Positions 1 to 13,500 of a DNA stretch of 64,000 bases are shown here, one piece after another. The position numbers and the translations under genes were made by a program. How positions within the stretch are numbered: the stretch's first letter is position 1; every line of letters begins with the position of its first letter. The stretch covers positions 122,388,001-122,452,000 of the forward strand of contig OZ024745.1 in NCBI GenBank assembly GCA_964016885.1, read 5' to 3'. Source of the DNA: Eledone cirrhosa. Taxonomy: Eukaryota. The notes below the pieces were generated by a model. The model made no database searches. It saw only the letters and a program-made list of their open reading frames with translations, and was not told the DNA's origin.

Positions 1-22
1 CTCATAAACTTTAATTTAATAT

Positions 23-111
23 TATTGGGTCGTCAAGTATGAAATTTGTAGAAAAAATACGTATGACCATATGCCTTACTACAAATTTCAAACTTGACAA
101 CCGACCTAATA
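23..111. mobile_element. Very short mariner-like palindromic MITE
   Basis: tattgggtcgtcaagtatgaaatttgtag ... ctacaaatttcaaacttgacaaccgacctaata form imperfect TIRs of about 30 bp with TA ends. Confidence 0.6.
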
Positions 112-662
112 TAAGGATTTTATTTTAAAATAAATTTACAATTCAACAACGTTTGAATATTTAAAATAACAAAGCAACACAAAAGGAAGAGAGAGAAATT
201 AAACAACTAAAATGACAATGTGGGGAGGGAGCATCAGACTCTACACCCCAGTCAAGCTGGCTGGGAGAGGATACATAGATGTTAGTGTTTGTTTGTTATT
301 AAGGACATTTTATATATCATAATTATGATTCTGTTGCCTGTTTTTATTGTCCTTTCTTTATAATTTGTCTTTCCAGTTCATGTTTCTTGCCTTTTGGAGG
401 ATTTCAATTCATGTTCGTTCATTGTTTAACAAAATTTAGAAATTTTAAATTAACCCCTTCAGAGTCTCTCTGCTGCTTCTATGTCAGCAGTATAAAGTAA
501 GCAGCAAGACATCTGTTGTGATGACTGTGTTTAGTCAATAGTTTGATAGGGTAGTTTTCTATTGTACACAAATAAAAGAAAGGACTTCTTTGTTGTAATA
601 AATATACTTGTAGGTTATTTAGACCTCTGTGTCTATCTCTTTGTTTTGCCATTAATGTAGGG

Positions 663-1017
663 CAGAGGTTTTCAAGCATTTTGCCCCCCCCCCCCCCCCC
701 CACCACGTAAACCGCCCACCCCCACCCTATTTCCAGTGAGACCTGTCTACACGCAAATTGTAAATAATATATAAGAAATAAAATCATTAATTTATATATA
801 ATAAATAATATAATATATGCTATGTATAAATAAATATATATTTTTTATTTTACAATATTTATATATACTATGTCTAATTTGATATTTAATATACTATTAT
901 ATCATCTCTACCGCTCCCTCACCTCCCCTTAGACCCCAGCGCCCCCTGGACCTGCTCCCCCCCTCCCCCAGAGGGGAGGGGTAAGGGGAGGGGTAGCACC
1001 CACTTTGAGAACCTCTG
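663..1017. mobile_element. Non-autonomous hAT (Charlie-like) element
   Basis: TIRs CAGAGGTTTTCAA / TTGAGAACCTCTG; perfect 8-bp TSD atgtaggg at 655-662 and 1018-1025. Confidence 0.85.
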
Positions 1018-1084
1018 ATGTAGGGTCTTTCAAGTGGAGAACATTTGTTTTTCTTGAGGATATAAGCTTTACTCCTTATATTAT

Positions 1085-1279
1085 TGAGGCGTTGCATTGG
1101 CAGTATCGGTAAAAGGTCAGACACCATGCTATGCAGCATAGTTATGTCCCTTTACGGTCTGAGTTCAAATCCCGCCGAGGTTAACTTTGCCTTTCATCCT
1201 TACAGGGTCGATACAATAAAGTACCAGTAATGCACTGGGGTAATTGCTGGCCTTGTGCCAAAAGTAGAAACAATTATTG
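1085..1279 (+). mobile_element. tRNA-derived SINE family A (Meta/MESC-like core); other copies at about 14755(+), 15320(-), 23620(+), 23794(-), 29700-30210(+), 34883(+), 37235-37605(+, two), 53028(+), 59135(+), 62090-62350(+)
   Basis: B-box-like gagttcaaatccc followed by the conserved gccgaggttaactttgcctttcatccttacggggtcgataaaataaagtaccagt, repeated more than 10 times. Confidence 0.85.
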
Positions 1280-1500
1280 AGAGCAAAAAGAGGAGACAAA
1301 TGGGAAGTAAAGATTGAGAGATACATTAGAAAGATGTACTCTATTTTAGTGTGTTTATAGTAGATAATGACCTGTAAAGGAGGGGGTCTTATTCAACCAC
1401 ATGGTGTTTCTCTTTGTTTAAATTATTAATAACTAGTATCATATTACTCATGCTGACAACAAGAATACTTTGTAATATTTTACTGTAGCTTGAGTCTTCA

Positions 1501-1716
1501 TTAACCCTTTAGCATTTAAACTAGCTGTATCTTGTCAGACTTCTCTGACCTCTTTCTGTTCAAACCTGCTGTAACTGTCCACTCATATTAATATTAAGGT
1601 ATTGTTCTCAAAATAAATATCATCAAAATCTCATAGATTCGATATTATGTGAGATAAAGCCTTTACCATGAAAATATAATAGTAAATATTGAGTAAAGTA
1701 AATGCTAAAGGGTTAA
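1501..1716. mobile_element. piggyBac-like (TTAA) MITE family 1, about 215 bp; other copies at about 1878, 14910, 33905, 36003, 50209, 51875, 52254, 53999, 59115
   Basis: Ends ttaaccctttagcattta ... taaatgctaaagggttaa (TTAA + CCC termini); conserved internal ggccagaattctctcacctctttctgttcaaacc. Confidence 0.85.
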
Positions 1717-2264
1717 TTAATACTTAATGTAAATTGTAATTGTAATTGACATTGATAGTGTGAAAAAAATTAAAATCTTTAAATGATGTATTATGGCATT
1801 GGATTGGATTGTGACTGTTGATACATGAGGAAATTTAGTCACAAAGACTGTCTGTAATGTGCCTGGAAGCTTGATGTTTAACTCTTTAGCATTTACATTA
1901 CTCTATATATACTATTGTATTTTTGTGGTAAATTATCTCACATATTATTGAATCTATGAGATTTTGATATTATCTATTGTGAGAACAATACCTTAATGTC
2001 AGTATGAGGGGCCAGTTATGGCTGGTTTGAACAGAAAGAGGTGAGAGAATTCTGGCCGGATACGGCCGGTTTAAATACTAAAGGGTTAATGTTTTCTGTA
2101 GGTGGTTTTCATTGTATTTACTCTCCTGTTACAATGCTATATAGCAGGCTTAGTAAATGCAATATTAAACTGGTAAAATCAGCAAAAATCTGTAATTTTG
2201 CTATGATTTCTAGTTTTTTTTAAAATCTCATCTTTATCACTAAATCCCTAAGGAAAGCATGAAT

Positions 2265-2598
2265 TCATTTCATTTTACGTCCACTTTTTCCCTGCTTGCA
2301 AGGGTGGGACAGGAACTGATTCTGGCTTGATTTCTACAGCTGGATGCCCTTCCTAACACCAACCTCATTTACAGTGAGTGCTGGGTGCTTTTTTGCTGTG
2401 GCACCTCCACGTCCACTTTGCAGTGGAATGATATGGACCCCAGTCTCTATCATCTCATTTCTACAGCTGAGTAAACTGGAGCAATGTGAAATAAAGTGCC
2501 TTGCTCAAGGAAACAACACATCACCCGGTCTGAGAATTGAACTCACAACCTTTCGATTGCAAGGCCAATGCTCTAACCACTAAGCCATGTGCCTCCAT
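2265..2598 (-). mobile_element. tRNA-derived SINE family B (CORE-like middle, RTE-like tail), full length
   Basis: Reverse complement of the copies at 10517 and 21810; A box tggcttagtgg, B box gttcaattc, tail ttaggaagggcatccagctgtagaa. Confidence 0.88.
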
Positions 2599-2829
2599 AT
2601 TACACAATTTTATGTTTCTTCTTTTTTAATCCCGAGTCCTATAAATCAGAGCTGAATAAAAACTTTTAATCTTCCATTTGATCAAGGGACAAGTTCCCAG
2701 ACCTCATTCCCTTACTCAGTGGGGTGGAACTCATCAAATTGGACCAAGGAAACAGTATTTCCATGGAGTCCATGGGGGATATATTGAGCATATACAACTC
2801 AATGCTCCCCCCCCCCCCCCCCCCCAAAA

Positions 2830-4660
2830 AAAAAACGAATCGAGAGCTATTGATTTTTGACCGCAATGGTGAGGTAATCTCAGACACTTCCAAATTCTCA
2901 TCGCTATTTGCAGAATCGTTTTTTGGCAACGCTTCGTTTACAGAATCCACATTACAAAGCTTCTGATATTCTCACTCCAAATGTAGATTTCCCTCCCATT
3001 ATTGAACAAACAGTTAAAGATGATTTGAAAATGGAAATGGCCACAGGCTTCAGTAGTATATACAATTTAATCATCAATGAAATATGGAGTGTAATACATG
3101 AAATAGTACAAGAGTACATGAGTAAATTTTCATATATCTGGATTATGTTGGAATTTAATTATACTATCAAGTTTAACTTGATAGTATAATTAAATTCCAA
3201 CATCATCCAGAGATATGAAAATTTACTCATGTTAGTAATACCAAAACCAAATAAGGATAACAACCACTTTACCAGATCATATAGCTTTACTAAGCAATCT
3301 TTCTAAGATGCTAGAAAAAATTATAGGCAATAGATTATCTTACTTAGGAGTCAGATAACATTTTCCTCAAATCCCAGTTCAGATTTTGAGTGAATAAAAA
3401 CACTGAGAACTGTGTACATGAAATAACCGCATTCATCAGAAACTCAAAACTCATGAAAAAATCGACCAGCTTGATCTCACTAGACATAAAGGGAACTTAT
3501 GACAATGTCGTTCATGACACTCTAGTCAAAAAACTACACCAATTTGAAATTTTCAAATATCTTTGGATTGAAAGCTTTCTCACTCATCGTAGTACAAGTC
3601 TGGTTCTTGGAAATGAGAAAAGCAAAAATATTTACCTTTTAAAGGGTCTCCCACAAGGTTCTCCAGTCTCACCCATTCTTGTTTTATATTACACAACAGA
3701 CTTGTTTACATCTCTAAATAGAATTGTAGAAGTATCAGGTTTTGTAGATGATAACTTATATACTTCATCTAGTATCAACAACAGCAAAACCAAATTATGC
3801 ACAACCCTATCAACTGTACCTGAATGGGCAAAAGAAAATGGCCAACAATTTCATCCCGCTAAAATATAACTGGTTCATTTCTATAATCCTGAACCTTTCA
3901 ATTACCAGTGCAATGAAATATACTTGATGAACCAACTACTGATACCACAAAAACCCATCAAGATACTTGGCATTTGGTTATAATCTGACTTGAAATGGGA
4001 AATTCATTCCAAACACACTGAAAATAATGACTTTAACATGGCATATAATGAAAGTAATTTCAAAGAAATTATACTAACTAACATACAGCCACTTGAGACT
4101 GTATAATAAGGGAGTCATCAACGCTCAATTTTTCAATTTTTATATGGCAGCTGGGTTTGGGGGTCATACAAATACCAGCTATCTTCAAGCTATTGATAGA
4201 TTCTGTACACAAATTTTCAAAACCATACTGGGATGTCTTAGATCTACTCCCAAGATAGCTATTTTTCATGAAACAGACTCACTTTTGATAGAAGAGTCCA
4301 GGAAACACAAATTGCTAACCTCTCAGTTTAAATGCAAAAGAAAACATCATGATACTTGGCTTCCTCCATGGGTAGAACAATTAAAATTGTTTAAAATAAT
4401 GATTAAAAACAAAAGAGGAAACAATATAACTCCATAACACTATCACAGTGTCAATCTGTGCTAACAGCTGGGTCTGCTACACAGATGGAGGACATTAAGG
4501 CAAGGGAGTGGGTTGTGGAGCTACTTGGTCTTTTAAAAATAATTATAAGATATGAACTTCAGATTATATCAGGATTACACCATATTTGATACAGAATGGT
4601 GGGGAATTACATTATCCATAGATTCAGCTAAGGAATTGCCCTGGAAAAATGGTTTTCACT
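2830..4660 (+). mobile_element. Decayed non-LTR retrotransposon (I/R1/Tad1-group-like) with RT and RNase H remnants
   Basis: RT motifs SLDIKGTYDNV, GLPQGSPVSPIL and GFVDD; downstream LRSTP; RNase H-like WVCYTDGG (about 4468) and TIFDTEWWGI (about 4579); many stops and frameshifts. Confidence 0.85.
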
Positions 4661-5844
4661 CTATATTGAAACCAATGGAAGTTCATTTACTTAAAGGATA
4701 TTATTCTGTAATGGTTTAGCAGAAAATATATAAAAACGAGTTTGTTAATGCAAATGTTTATAATAACTTTATTTGTGGATAGATTATTGTGAAAATTTGC
4801 TGCATTAGACTTTAATTTTTAATGTAATGCAGTCAAGAGTGTCTTGCTAATGCAGTTTTATCTGGTATATGGTATTGAATTAAGTGTTAATGCACCATTT
4901 GGTCTACTTAGGCATATGTCTCACTTATCAGAAACAGACAATCACTAGATGTCTTTAATATAAATTGCATCTATTCATTGCTGGCTGGTTTAACTTTTGT
5001 TGGTGTTCTCTGTTAAGAAATGGTTCAGATAGTTGAACTTTGGGTTTTTCTAATAAATGTTCTCAGCTGTTACGTAGTTATTGAGCTACTATAAGAGTAA
5101 ATCAATGGTTTTTCTCATTCTCTACATAACAGAAAACCTAAAGGTGATACTTGAACTATTTTATTTGTTAAATTGCATTTTCATTTTAGATTTGTGTGTG
5201 TGTGTTATATATATATATATATATATATATGAGATAGAGAGAGAAAGCTGTATGTGTATATGTACGAGTTCCATTTCTTTTATGTTAGCAATCAGTGTTG
5301 TATATCAATTGCCATTTAAAAATATTTCTTTTTTTCAAAATAAGATATATTTTCTTTAGAGGACTCTTCAGTTTTGCCAAGTACATGACAATCACTCTAG
5401 TGCTGGTGACATGATAAAATGCACCCAATACACTTGGTAAAGTGTTAGTGCTTGTTCCACAGTAAAATACACTAAGCACACTCTGTGAAGTAGAAGTGCT
5501 GGTGCCATGATAAAATGCACCTAGTACACTTTGAAGTGGTTGGTGTTAGGAAGGACATCCAGTTATAGAAACCAAGCAAAATGTGGACTGTGATGACTCG
5601 TTCAGTCTATGCCAGCCTGGAAAATGGATGTAAAATGATGATTTTGATTACAGAGAAATGTCACCTCCAGGAGTTTTTCTCCTTGTTTGTGTAATATATA
5701 TTATCTCGTCTTTTTGTATACATATGATATTGTCCTGTGTGTCATTTCTTAACTTTTAAAAGGAGATAAGAACTTATAGAATAATGAAATATAAAAGAGA
5801 AACAAAAAGCTTGTGAAAAAACTTTTAAGTATTATTTTAAAGTA

Positions 5845-6332
5845 CCGTATATGCCGGCATACAAGTCGACATTTGTAGCCTAAAAATATCTCTCCAAAAC
5901 CAGGGGTTGACTTGTCCACCGAATATAAAATGTGAACCTTTAACCATTGAGGAGAAAACAGTGAAACTGCCTGCCTAACATTTGTTGTACACTTACTTAC
6001 CATAACTCTAGCAGCCCACCACAATTATTTTCTACTGAATCTCATATTTGTTAAGTCTATTTAACGTAGAGATTATAATATCAATGACTTTCTGGAGCTC
6101 ATAGGTTTGTTATGGTTAGACTAAGCTGGTTTACCCAGTAAGTTAGAACTCACCAGGGGTTGTAGTGTTTTAGAAGAAGTGTCTTAGCCTTTAGCGTACT
6201 ACTAACATTTTTTTTATTATTTCTGCTGCAACTGCCTTAATTTTTGGGGTTTGTCTTATCCAGCGAATATAGGCCTAAACCTGAACTGCACCTCAGAATT
6301 TTAGGGGTCGACTTGTACGCTGGCATATACGA
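5845..6332. mobile_element. Tc2/pogo-like non-autonomous DNA transposon; inverted second copy at 49647-50083
   Basis: TA-flanked TIRs ccgtatatgccggcatacaagtcgac / gtcgacttgtacgctggcatatacga. Confidence 0.78.
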
Positions 6333-7811
6333 TATTCATCATCATTTAATGTCTATTTTTCCACACTTGCAAGAATTAGATGGGTTGCCATGTTGAGACA
6401 AGTCAGGTCCAGAGACCACATCATGCTCTTATGGATCTGTATTTTAGCTTGGTTCCTGCAGCTAGATGCTCCAACAATCATAATTTTATGTGAGCAAAGT
6501 TGAATGGTGGTCAGCTTGTGATAAACCAAATTTGCAATAGACTGTAAATACTTGTTCAAAGGCCAAACCTCCATTTTACTTTCATTTCCAAAGTGCTGTG
6601 TTTTAATTCAAGATTTTGGAAAGGTTCAGTAGATAAGTCACCTCTTGGTCTTTGATCATAATTTTATGTGAGAACCTTAGATAAACCATGCTTCAAACAC
6701 CAGCTTAAACATGAGAAAGTTAGTTATATTAATGAATCCCTTGAAATTCTTTGATTGCTTTCAAAGGGATTTGAAAATGATAGGCAGTGTGTTTGATTAG
6801 AAATATGACAGGTAACAAAAGGGTTAAAGGTGGAAACAGGAAAAAGGTGAGGTGGTTATTGCAGTGAATAAGAGCTGGATGCAGAGTGAGAGAAGAAGGC
6901 AACTGTGTGTCTGTGTGAGAAGTTTAGTAAATATGGTATTCAAATGTAAATAAAAGCAACATTTATGTCACTGGGTTGTGAGTGTTTTCTTGGGAGCCGC
7001 AGGTGTCACCCATTGCTCCATCTCCCCTAGTAGTTTACCACTGTTTGTCCAGAGTTGCCCGCTTATGTCTGGTGGCCGTATTGCTATCCGACACCTCCAA
7101 CCCATTCTCTAGCAGAACAATACTGAGAATACCTAAAACATTTCCATCAAAATTTTATCTAAGAACTTTTGTTGTTCCAAACACCAGTTAAGTAGTGAGA
7201 AAGTTAGTAATATTACTAAATCCCTTCAAATTCTTAACTATTTGAGCATCTTTCTTTATAAATATGGTAATGAAAGGGTTAGTTGTGGGTTGGATCAACA
7301 TCCGAACATTTTAATATGGGTTGCTTCATGTTAGAAACTAATATTACACTGAAGTGTTTAGATAAACTATTCTGAGAAGATTTCAAGATGACAAAGAGGA
7401 AAAGTTTATAGTAATACCAGCTTGTTTACATTCGCTAATGGCGAGGTGAACAATTGGTAATGTTATCAGCAGTTGGTAAACACAAGTACGAGTGTGATAA
7501 GGTCATTTCAGAAGTTTTTTAACTCTTCACGCTAACGCGCGCATACACATACTCAAACACACACACTCTCTCTCTCTCTTTCTCTCTTTTTTTTCTCTCT
7601 CTCTAGCTCCCATTCTCTTCTCTTCTCTCTAGTTCTCTCTCTCTCAAACACACACACACACTGGATTTTGATCCTTTCGTTATAGAAGACATAGATCTAT
7701 TATTGCTGAATTCTATAGAATATTTCAAAGACAATTAATGTGATGTCAACTATTTATAGTGTTAATCTATAATTTCAATACACATCTCCAGCTGTAGCCT
7801 TCTTAAGAGAG

Positions 7812-7846
<35 letters not shown>

Positions 7847-8077
7847 TCATTACATGTAAGTCTGAAGCATGTGTTTTTGGTTTATATCACATGGTGTAGC
7901 TTCAGGTTAGCCAAAACATTTTGATGAAATCTGATAAAAGGAAAGTATAAGAAGCAGTGATGATGATGATGATATTCACTTGTTAAATGTACACAGTACA
8001 TTTGTAAAGTTGTTGGTGACTGGACAATGTAGGGTACAGAGAACTCTCCAGTCTTGTTGAGGACCCTAACAACCTTT

Positions 8078-8320
8078 ATAGTGCTGGTGCCACAATAAAA
8101 TACACCCAGTTAGCTCTGTAAAGTGGTAGTGTCAGTGTCACAATAAAATACACCCAGTTAACTCTGTAAAGTGGTAGTGCCAGTGCTACAATAAAATAGA
8201 CCCAGTTAGCTCTGTAAAGTGGTAGTGCCAGTGCCACAATAAAATACACTTAGTACGCTCTGTAAAGTGGTAATGCCAGTGTTACACTAAAATACACTTC
8301 AGTACACTCTGTAAAGGAAT
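8078..8320 (+). repeat. Tandem array of about 46-bp units in a SINE-B-type tail
   Basis: About 5 copies of gtgccagtgccacaataaaatacacccagttagctctgtaaagtggta; related arrays at about 5395, 13780, 20490, 46290. Confidence 0.75.
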
Positions 8321-8897
8321 GCACTGAGTGGAGAGATGCTGTGCTGAAAAGGACCTGTCTAACCCATACAGGTGTGGAAAAATGATGATGGAAGGTGTGA
8401 TACAAGTTAACCTATTGCTGACTGTATAAATCAAGTACCAGGTAATTCAAATGGAAAAAGACCAGAGGGGTAATATAGGTAGAAGTAAGGACTAGTCTGT
8501 CTGTTTCTGTATATGTGTCTAGTATTAATGTATGCCCCTCCCTCTGTAAAGTGGCCATGTAGGTGTCACAAGAAAAAAGCACCCAGTCCACACTATAAAG
8601 TGGTCGTGTAGGCGCCACGGTAAAAAGCACCCAGTACCCACTGTAAATGAGGTTGGTGTTAGGAAGGGCATCCAGCTGTAAAAAATGAAAGCCAAATCAG
8701 TTCTGCATGAGCAAGACATGGTCACCTGACCTGGCATTGCCCACAATAGGACAACTCGTCTAACCCATGCTAGCTTGGAAGAATGGCTGTAAAACGGTGA
8801 TGATAATACTTATAACATATGTTAAATGCTATTGCATTTTTTACCTAATTTAGTTTTTATTTATATATATATTTTTTTTTTTTTTTTTTTAACCTAG

Positions 8898-8960
8898 TCA
8901 GAGGATTTCCGAAGACAAAGAAGAATTTGGTAACAATCGTCCAGAATCAATGCATTCAAA
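8898..8960 (+). CDS. RhoGEF exon ([20 protein letters not shown]), phase 2-2
   Basis: Poly-T tract + ctag acceptor, gtaagt donor, 63 nt; phase joins the next exon. Confidence 0.7.
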
Positions 8961-10466
8961 GTAAGTAAATTATCATCATTTATTCTGATACGTTTCTCAA
9001 CCCATGCTAGTTCTTAATGGAACTAATACTTTGTCAGTTTAAAAAAAAAACACGAGTAGGTTAAATGCTAAGTTAATTTAGCATCTAATAAAAGTGATTG
9101 AGAGATATATGATAGTGAAGTCATTACTGCACCTAGTACGTTCTGTAAAGTGATAGATGTTAAGAAGAACATCTAGCCATATAAACCAAAGCTGAAACCT
9201 ACAAAGAAGCTGTTGTCCTCTGACTCATCTACAGTCAACCTGTGCAGCTCATGCTAGTATCAGTAAATTCATATCGTCATCATCACTGCTTTACGTTAAT
9301 TTTTCCACGCTTGCATGGGTGAGATGGGTTGTCCTGTTGTGGGCAATGCTAGGTCAGGTGACTGTCTTGCACATACAGAACTGATCATAGTATATTTAAA
9401 TAAGTAAAACGCTGAAACCTAATCACTAAAGCATTAAAATATATTTGAACATTTCAAAATATTGCATAAGGGTGTATAGAAGTTCATTAGACTGTGTAAA
9501 CCATTATCGAATTGATCAACAATTTCCTAGATCTCATTTGCATATCGGACCAAGGAAACAATGTTTCCATTGGTCTTTCCATTGTTATTACTCTCTACTG
9601 GTTGCAACTCCTGGCAGAAGGAGCAACTTGAAATAAAGTGTCTTGCTCAAGAACTTAAGGTATTGCCTGGTCCAGGAATCGAACTTGCAACCTCACAATT
9701 GTGAATCCAATTTCCTAACCACTAAGCCACCACCAATGTTCCATCTAATTTTTCACAACCTCTTTTGAAATTTGAAGCTACTGTACAGCAACATTTTGAT
9801 GCGAGCATTGTCAATATATCTTAGAGAGGACATTGGTTGTAAATATAAATACTATCTTGAAGGTTCTTTGAAGGAAACGGTAACCAGGCCTTCTCTTTGG
9901 TTGAAATGTGTAGCGCTCTGTAGCTTTCTCATGAACACTTTCTTTTGCAATGAAATTTAAACCCTAGACTCCAAATTGATATTATGGGCATATGGTTAGA
10001 ATGTTCTAGGAAAGAATTGCTGGACAGATTTTACGGACGAAACCAACAGGTAGGAGACCCAGAGGTAGACCCCAAGCAAGATGGTTGGATAACATCCATG
10101 AGCTTGGCTGGTCTCGCTTGGAGATCCAACCAGATCAGTTGGAGACAGTTACTTCTGACAGGACTAGCTGGAAGAGGTGTTTGACAACTTTGTTCCCACG
10201 ACCCTCTCAGGAATAATTGGGTGAAGAAAATGTTATATCCAACCAGCTCTGATATCTCTGTACACAATGAAATAGAGTGGAATAAAAGATCTACTTAGTT
10301 TCTGCGAAATAACAACAGAGATATTTAGCGACTTAGCATCTCAGAAATAAGTGTGTTAACTTCAAGAATTTCCCGGTTAATATTATTACTTTCTAACAAA
10401 TTATTTAATTTTCAAATTAGGTATGAATCATTGATAATTTTGTAAAATGCATTGATTTTGTTTGAT

Positions 10467-10520
<54 letters not shown>

Positions 10521-13500
10521 AGGCACATGGCTAAGTAGTTAGAGCATTGGCCTTGCAATCGAAAGGTTGTGAGTTCAATTCTCAGACCAGGTGATGTGTT
10601 ATTTCCTTGAGCAAGACATTTTATTTCACATTGCTCCAGTTTACTCAGCTGTAGAAATGAGATGATAGGGACTGGGGTCCATATCATTCCACTGCAAAGT
10701 GGTCGTGGAGGTGCCATGGCAAAAAAGCACCCAGCACTCACTGTAAATGAGGTTCGTGTTAGGAAGGGCATCCAGCTGTAGAAATCAAACCAGAATCGGT
10801 TCCCATCCCACCCTTGCAAACAGGGAAAAGCAGACATAAAATAATAATGATGATGATCTATAGCTGTGCAAAAAGTCTCTAAATTTTGAAAGGAATTGTC
10901 CATTAGAAAGAAAGCAATGTCTGAAACACTAAAACAAATTTCTAGTACAAACCCATTTCATTTTACAAATTGAAGTCAATTAAATCGGCCCCAGTAAACA
11001 CCAGTAACACACTGGGGTCAATTTAATTTACTTTCTCCTCCTCAAAAATTGTTGGCTTTTTGCTTAAATCAGAAACCATTTTACAAATTTAATTAACTTA
11101 AATTTTTTTTTATTGGCTGGCAGAGCCATAACTACATTCCTTGGGCTCTGTTTTTACTCACCTTCATTGTAAATTGTGTGACTGTAAGGCAACATGCTTA
11201 TAACCCTTTTCATAGTAAACCACTGATTCTGTTTGTTTTAAAATACCGTATTTCCCAGCGTCGAAGACGCTACTTTTTTCCTAAAATAAGTCTAAAAAAT
11301 ATACCATGTGTCCTCGAGGCTGAAGGTTGTTTATTATTTTTTTTTAAATGTTTGGTTGTCAAAATTAGGGTGTGTACTCGAGGATGAAGCGTCTTCGGCG
11401 CCAGGAAATATGGTAATTTTATTTAACTAAAAACCTTCCATCATAGTTTTATGTAAGAACATTTATTATGCTCAAAACACCAGCTTAATGAGAAATTTAT
11501 GTTATTAAGCCCCTAAAAAATCTTGATTATTTTCAAAATTAGTTGAAAATCATAGTTAGTGTTTTTCATTGGAAATATGGCAATGAATGGATTAGTTATG
11601 GTTCTTTTATAAATATGACTTGTGGAGTAAAATTATTTGTTCCTCCTTTTATCAGCATTGGTGAAACCATTAGTGGGTCAATGGAATCCCTTGACGAACG
11701 TAAGTATAAGCTTCATTCTCTAACTCGACCTATCTAATTAGTTTAAATCTGATGAATTTTCAACATGTAATTAAATATCGAGATATATTATATTTTATTT
11801 AATGTTCAGTCCTATAATTAAAACAATGAAATTTAGTTGTGAAACATTTAGTCTTTACTTGCCATCTTAAAATTGCTTTTTATAATATTTTCTTTAAAAA
11901 CTTAAGTTTCACTGATTTCTCTGTAGTTTTTATTTATTTATTTTCTTCTAAAATAAATTTTTATTGAAACAAGCAAAAAAAATATTTATTTTGTGTAAGT
12001 TTATTTCTCAAATGACAATTTTTTTTTTTGACATATAAATGCTTATTAAATGAAAGCACATTGAAAATTAAATATTTCCTAGTGATAGTTGTTTTACTTG
12101 TAATGTTATAATATATAAAGAAAGTCCATACTAATCTGTATGCCAAATTTACAAATTGTTGATATTCAATGAGTTTATATAAGATCTTAAGATTTACAAA
12201 GAATGACAATTTCTTGCAGATGGTATGGATCAAACAGTCTTGGAAAGTGACTCTTTCTTATGTATGGAAGAAAATGAACCAGAAGCATGGAGTGTCTCAG
12301 TTGAGAAAAAAGTAAGGTTTTCTTGAAATTCATATTGTTTTCTTTAAATAATTTAAGTTATTTAATTGAAGTAGAGGGTAATTTTATAAATGGACCGCCA
12401 TTGGTTTAGAAAATGAATACTCCATTTGTTTGATCAATGACACAGACTTCTTGTGCAATTAGCTGAACATTTTAAATACACAAAGGAGGAGGATGACATA
12501 AAAGTTATGTGTGTGTGTGTGTGTATGTATATATATATATATGTATATATGGGATAACAAATTATCGTTATAGGAAATCCAGCCAGTTAGAGGTTGTGAA
12601 TACTCCGTATTGTGGATAGTTTTAGCGTACAGCGTTGTTTGACTCAACAATAGGTTTCCTTAGTTAGGCAGCGAATTCGCGGGAATTCCTATGCAGGTTA
12701 ATCTTGGAGTAATAATAGTGAAAGAGTGTTTGAAGAGAGTGAAAATAGCAGCAATATTGATACACAGCATGTAAAAAATATCATTTATGTATGTTATTGA
12801 GTGTGTGTTATGCATGTTTGCGCTTATAAAACATTTGATAAATGATGAACAGTCTGATGACTAGCCTTGAAACATCATCATTTAATGTCTACTTTCCCTA
12901 CAGCAAGGGTTGGACAGGTCTACATAGGCCAAATCAGTACTGAAGTGGGGTTACTGAGCTCCCAGAGAGGTCGGGGGGGGGGGGGGTTGTATCCTGCTTA
13001 CATATGGTTGTATCAAGTGTAGAAATTTGTGCCTTTTAACACAAACTGAAGGGTCCTCTCCCAACCACTTTATAGTATGCACGTAATATATTATAACCAA
13101 TGGTTTTAATTGCAGGTCGTCAAAAAACTAAGCAGTAAAGAAGTAAAACGACAGGATCATATATATGGTAAGTTTTATTGGGCTTTTTTCTATCATAATA
13201 GACTAAGAGTAAAACATATTTGGAAGGTTCTGCAGGAGTATGGGATTGAAGGACAGCTTCTTGTTGCCCTGATGTCTCTTTACAGCCTTTTTCATCTTTT
13301 AAACATATTTCTTATTAAGGTTTGGAAGAAACCTTTCAGAGTTTATTCATGATGGTAAATTGACACAAGTCAGTATTTGTATTTGTTCTGACTAAAAACC
13401 ATTGGTGTCAACTTTGTCTTTTATCCCAGTCAAGGTCATTAAAAAATATACCAGTCAAGGAGAGGTGGTAGATTTGCTGAATTGTTAAAGAGCCTGATAG

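Noticed and set aside
463-496. Possible upstream RhoGEF exon (cttcag ... gtaagc)
   Set aside because: Splice signals are plausible but no frame gives a recognisable family peptide
5067-5143. Possible upstream exon (LLSYYKSKSM)
   Set aside because: Weak donors and no homology support
10519-10590. tRNA-like sequences (also 21812, 2525-2598, 43638-43700)
   Set aside because: They are SINE heads continuing into repeat bodies and lack a proper acceptor stem, so they are not called as tRNA genes
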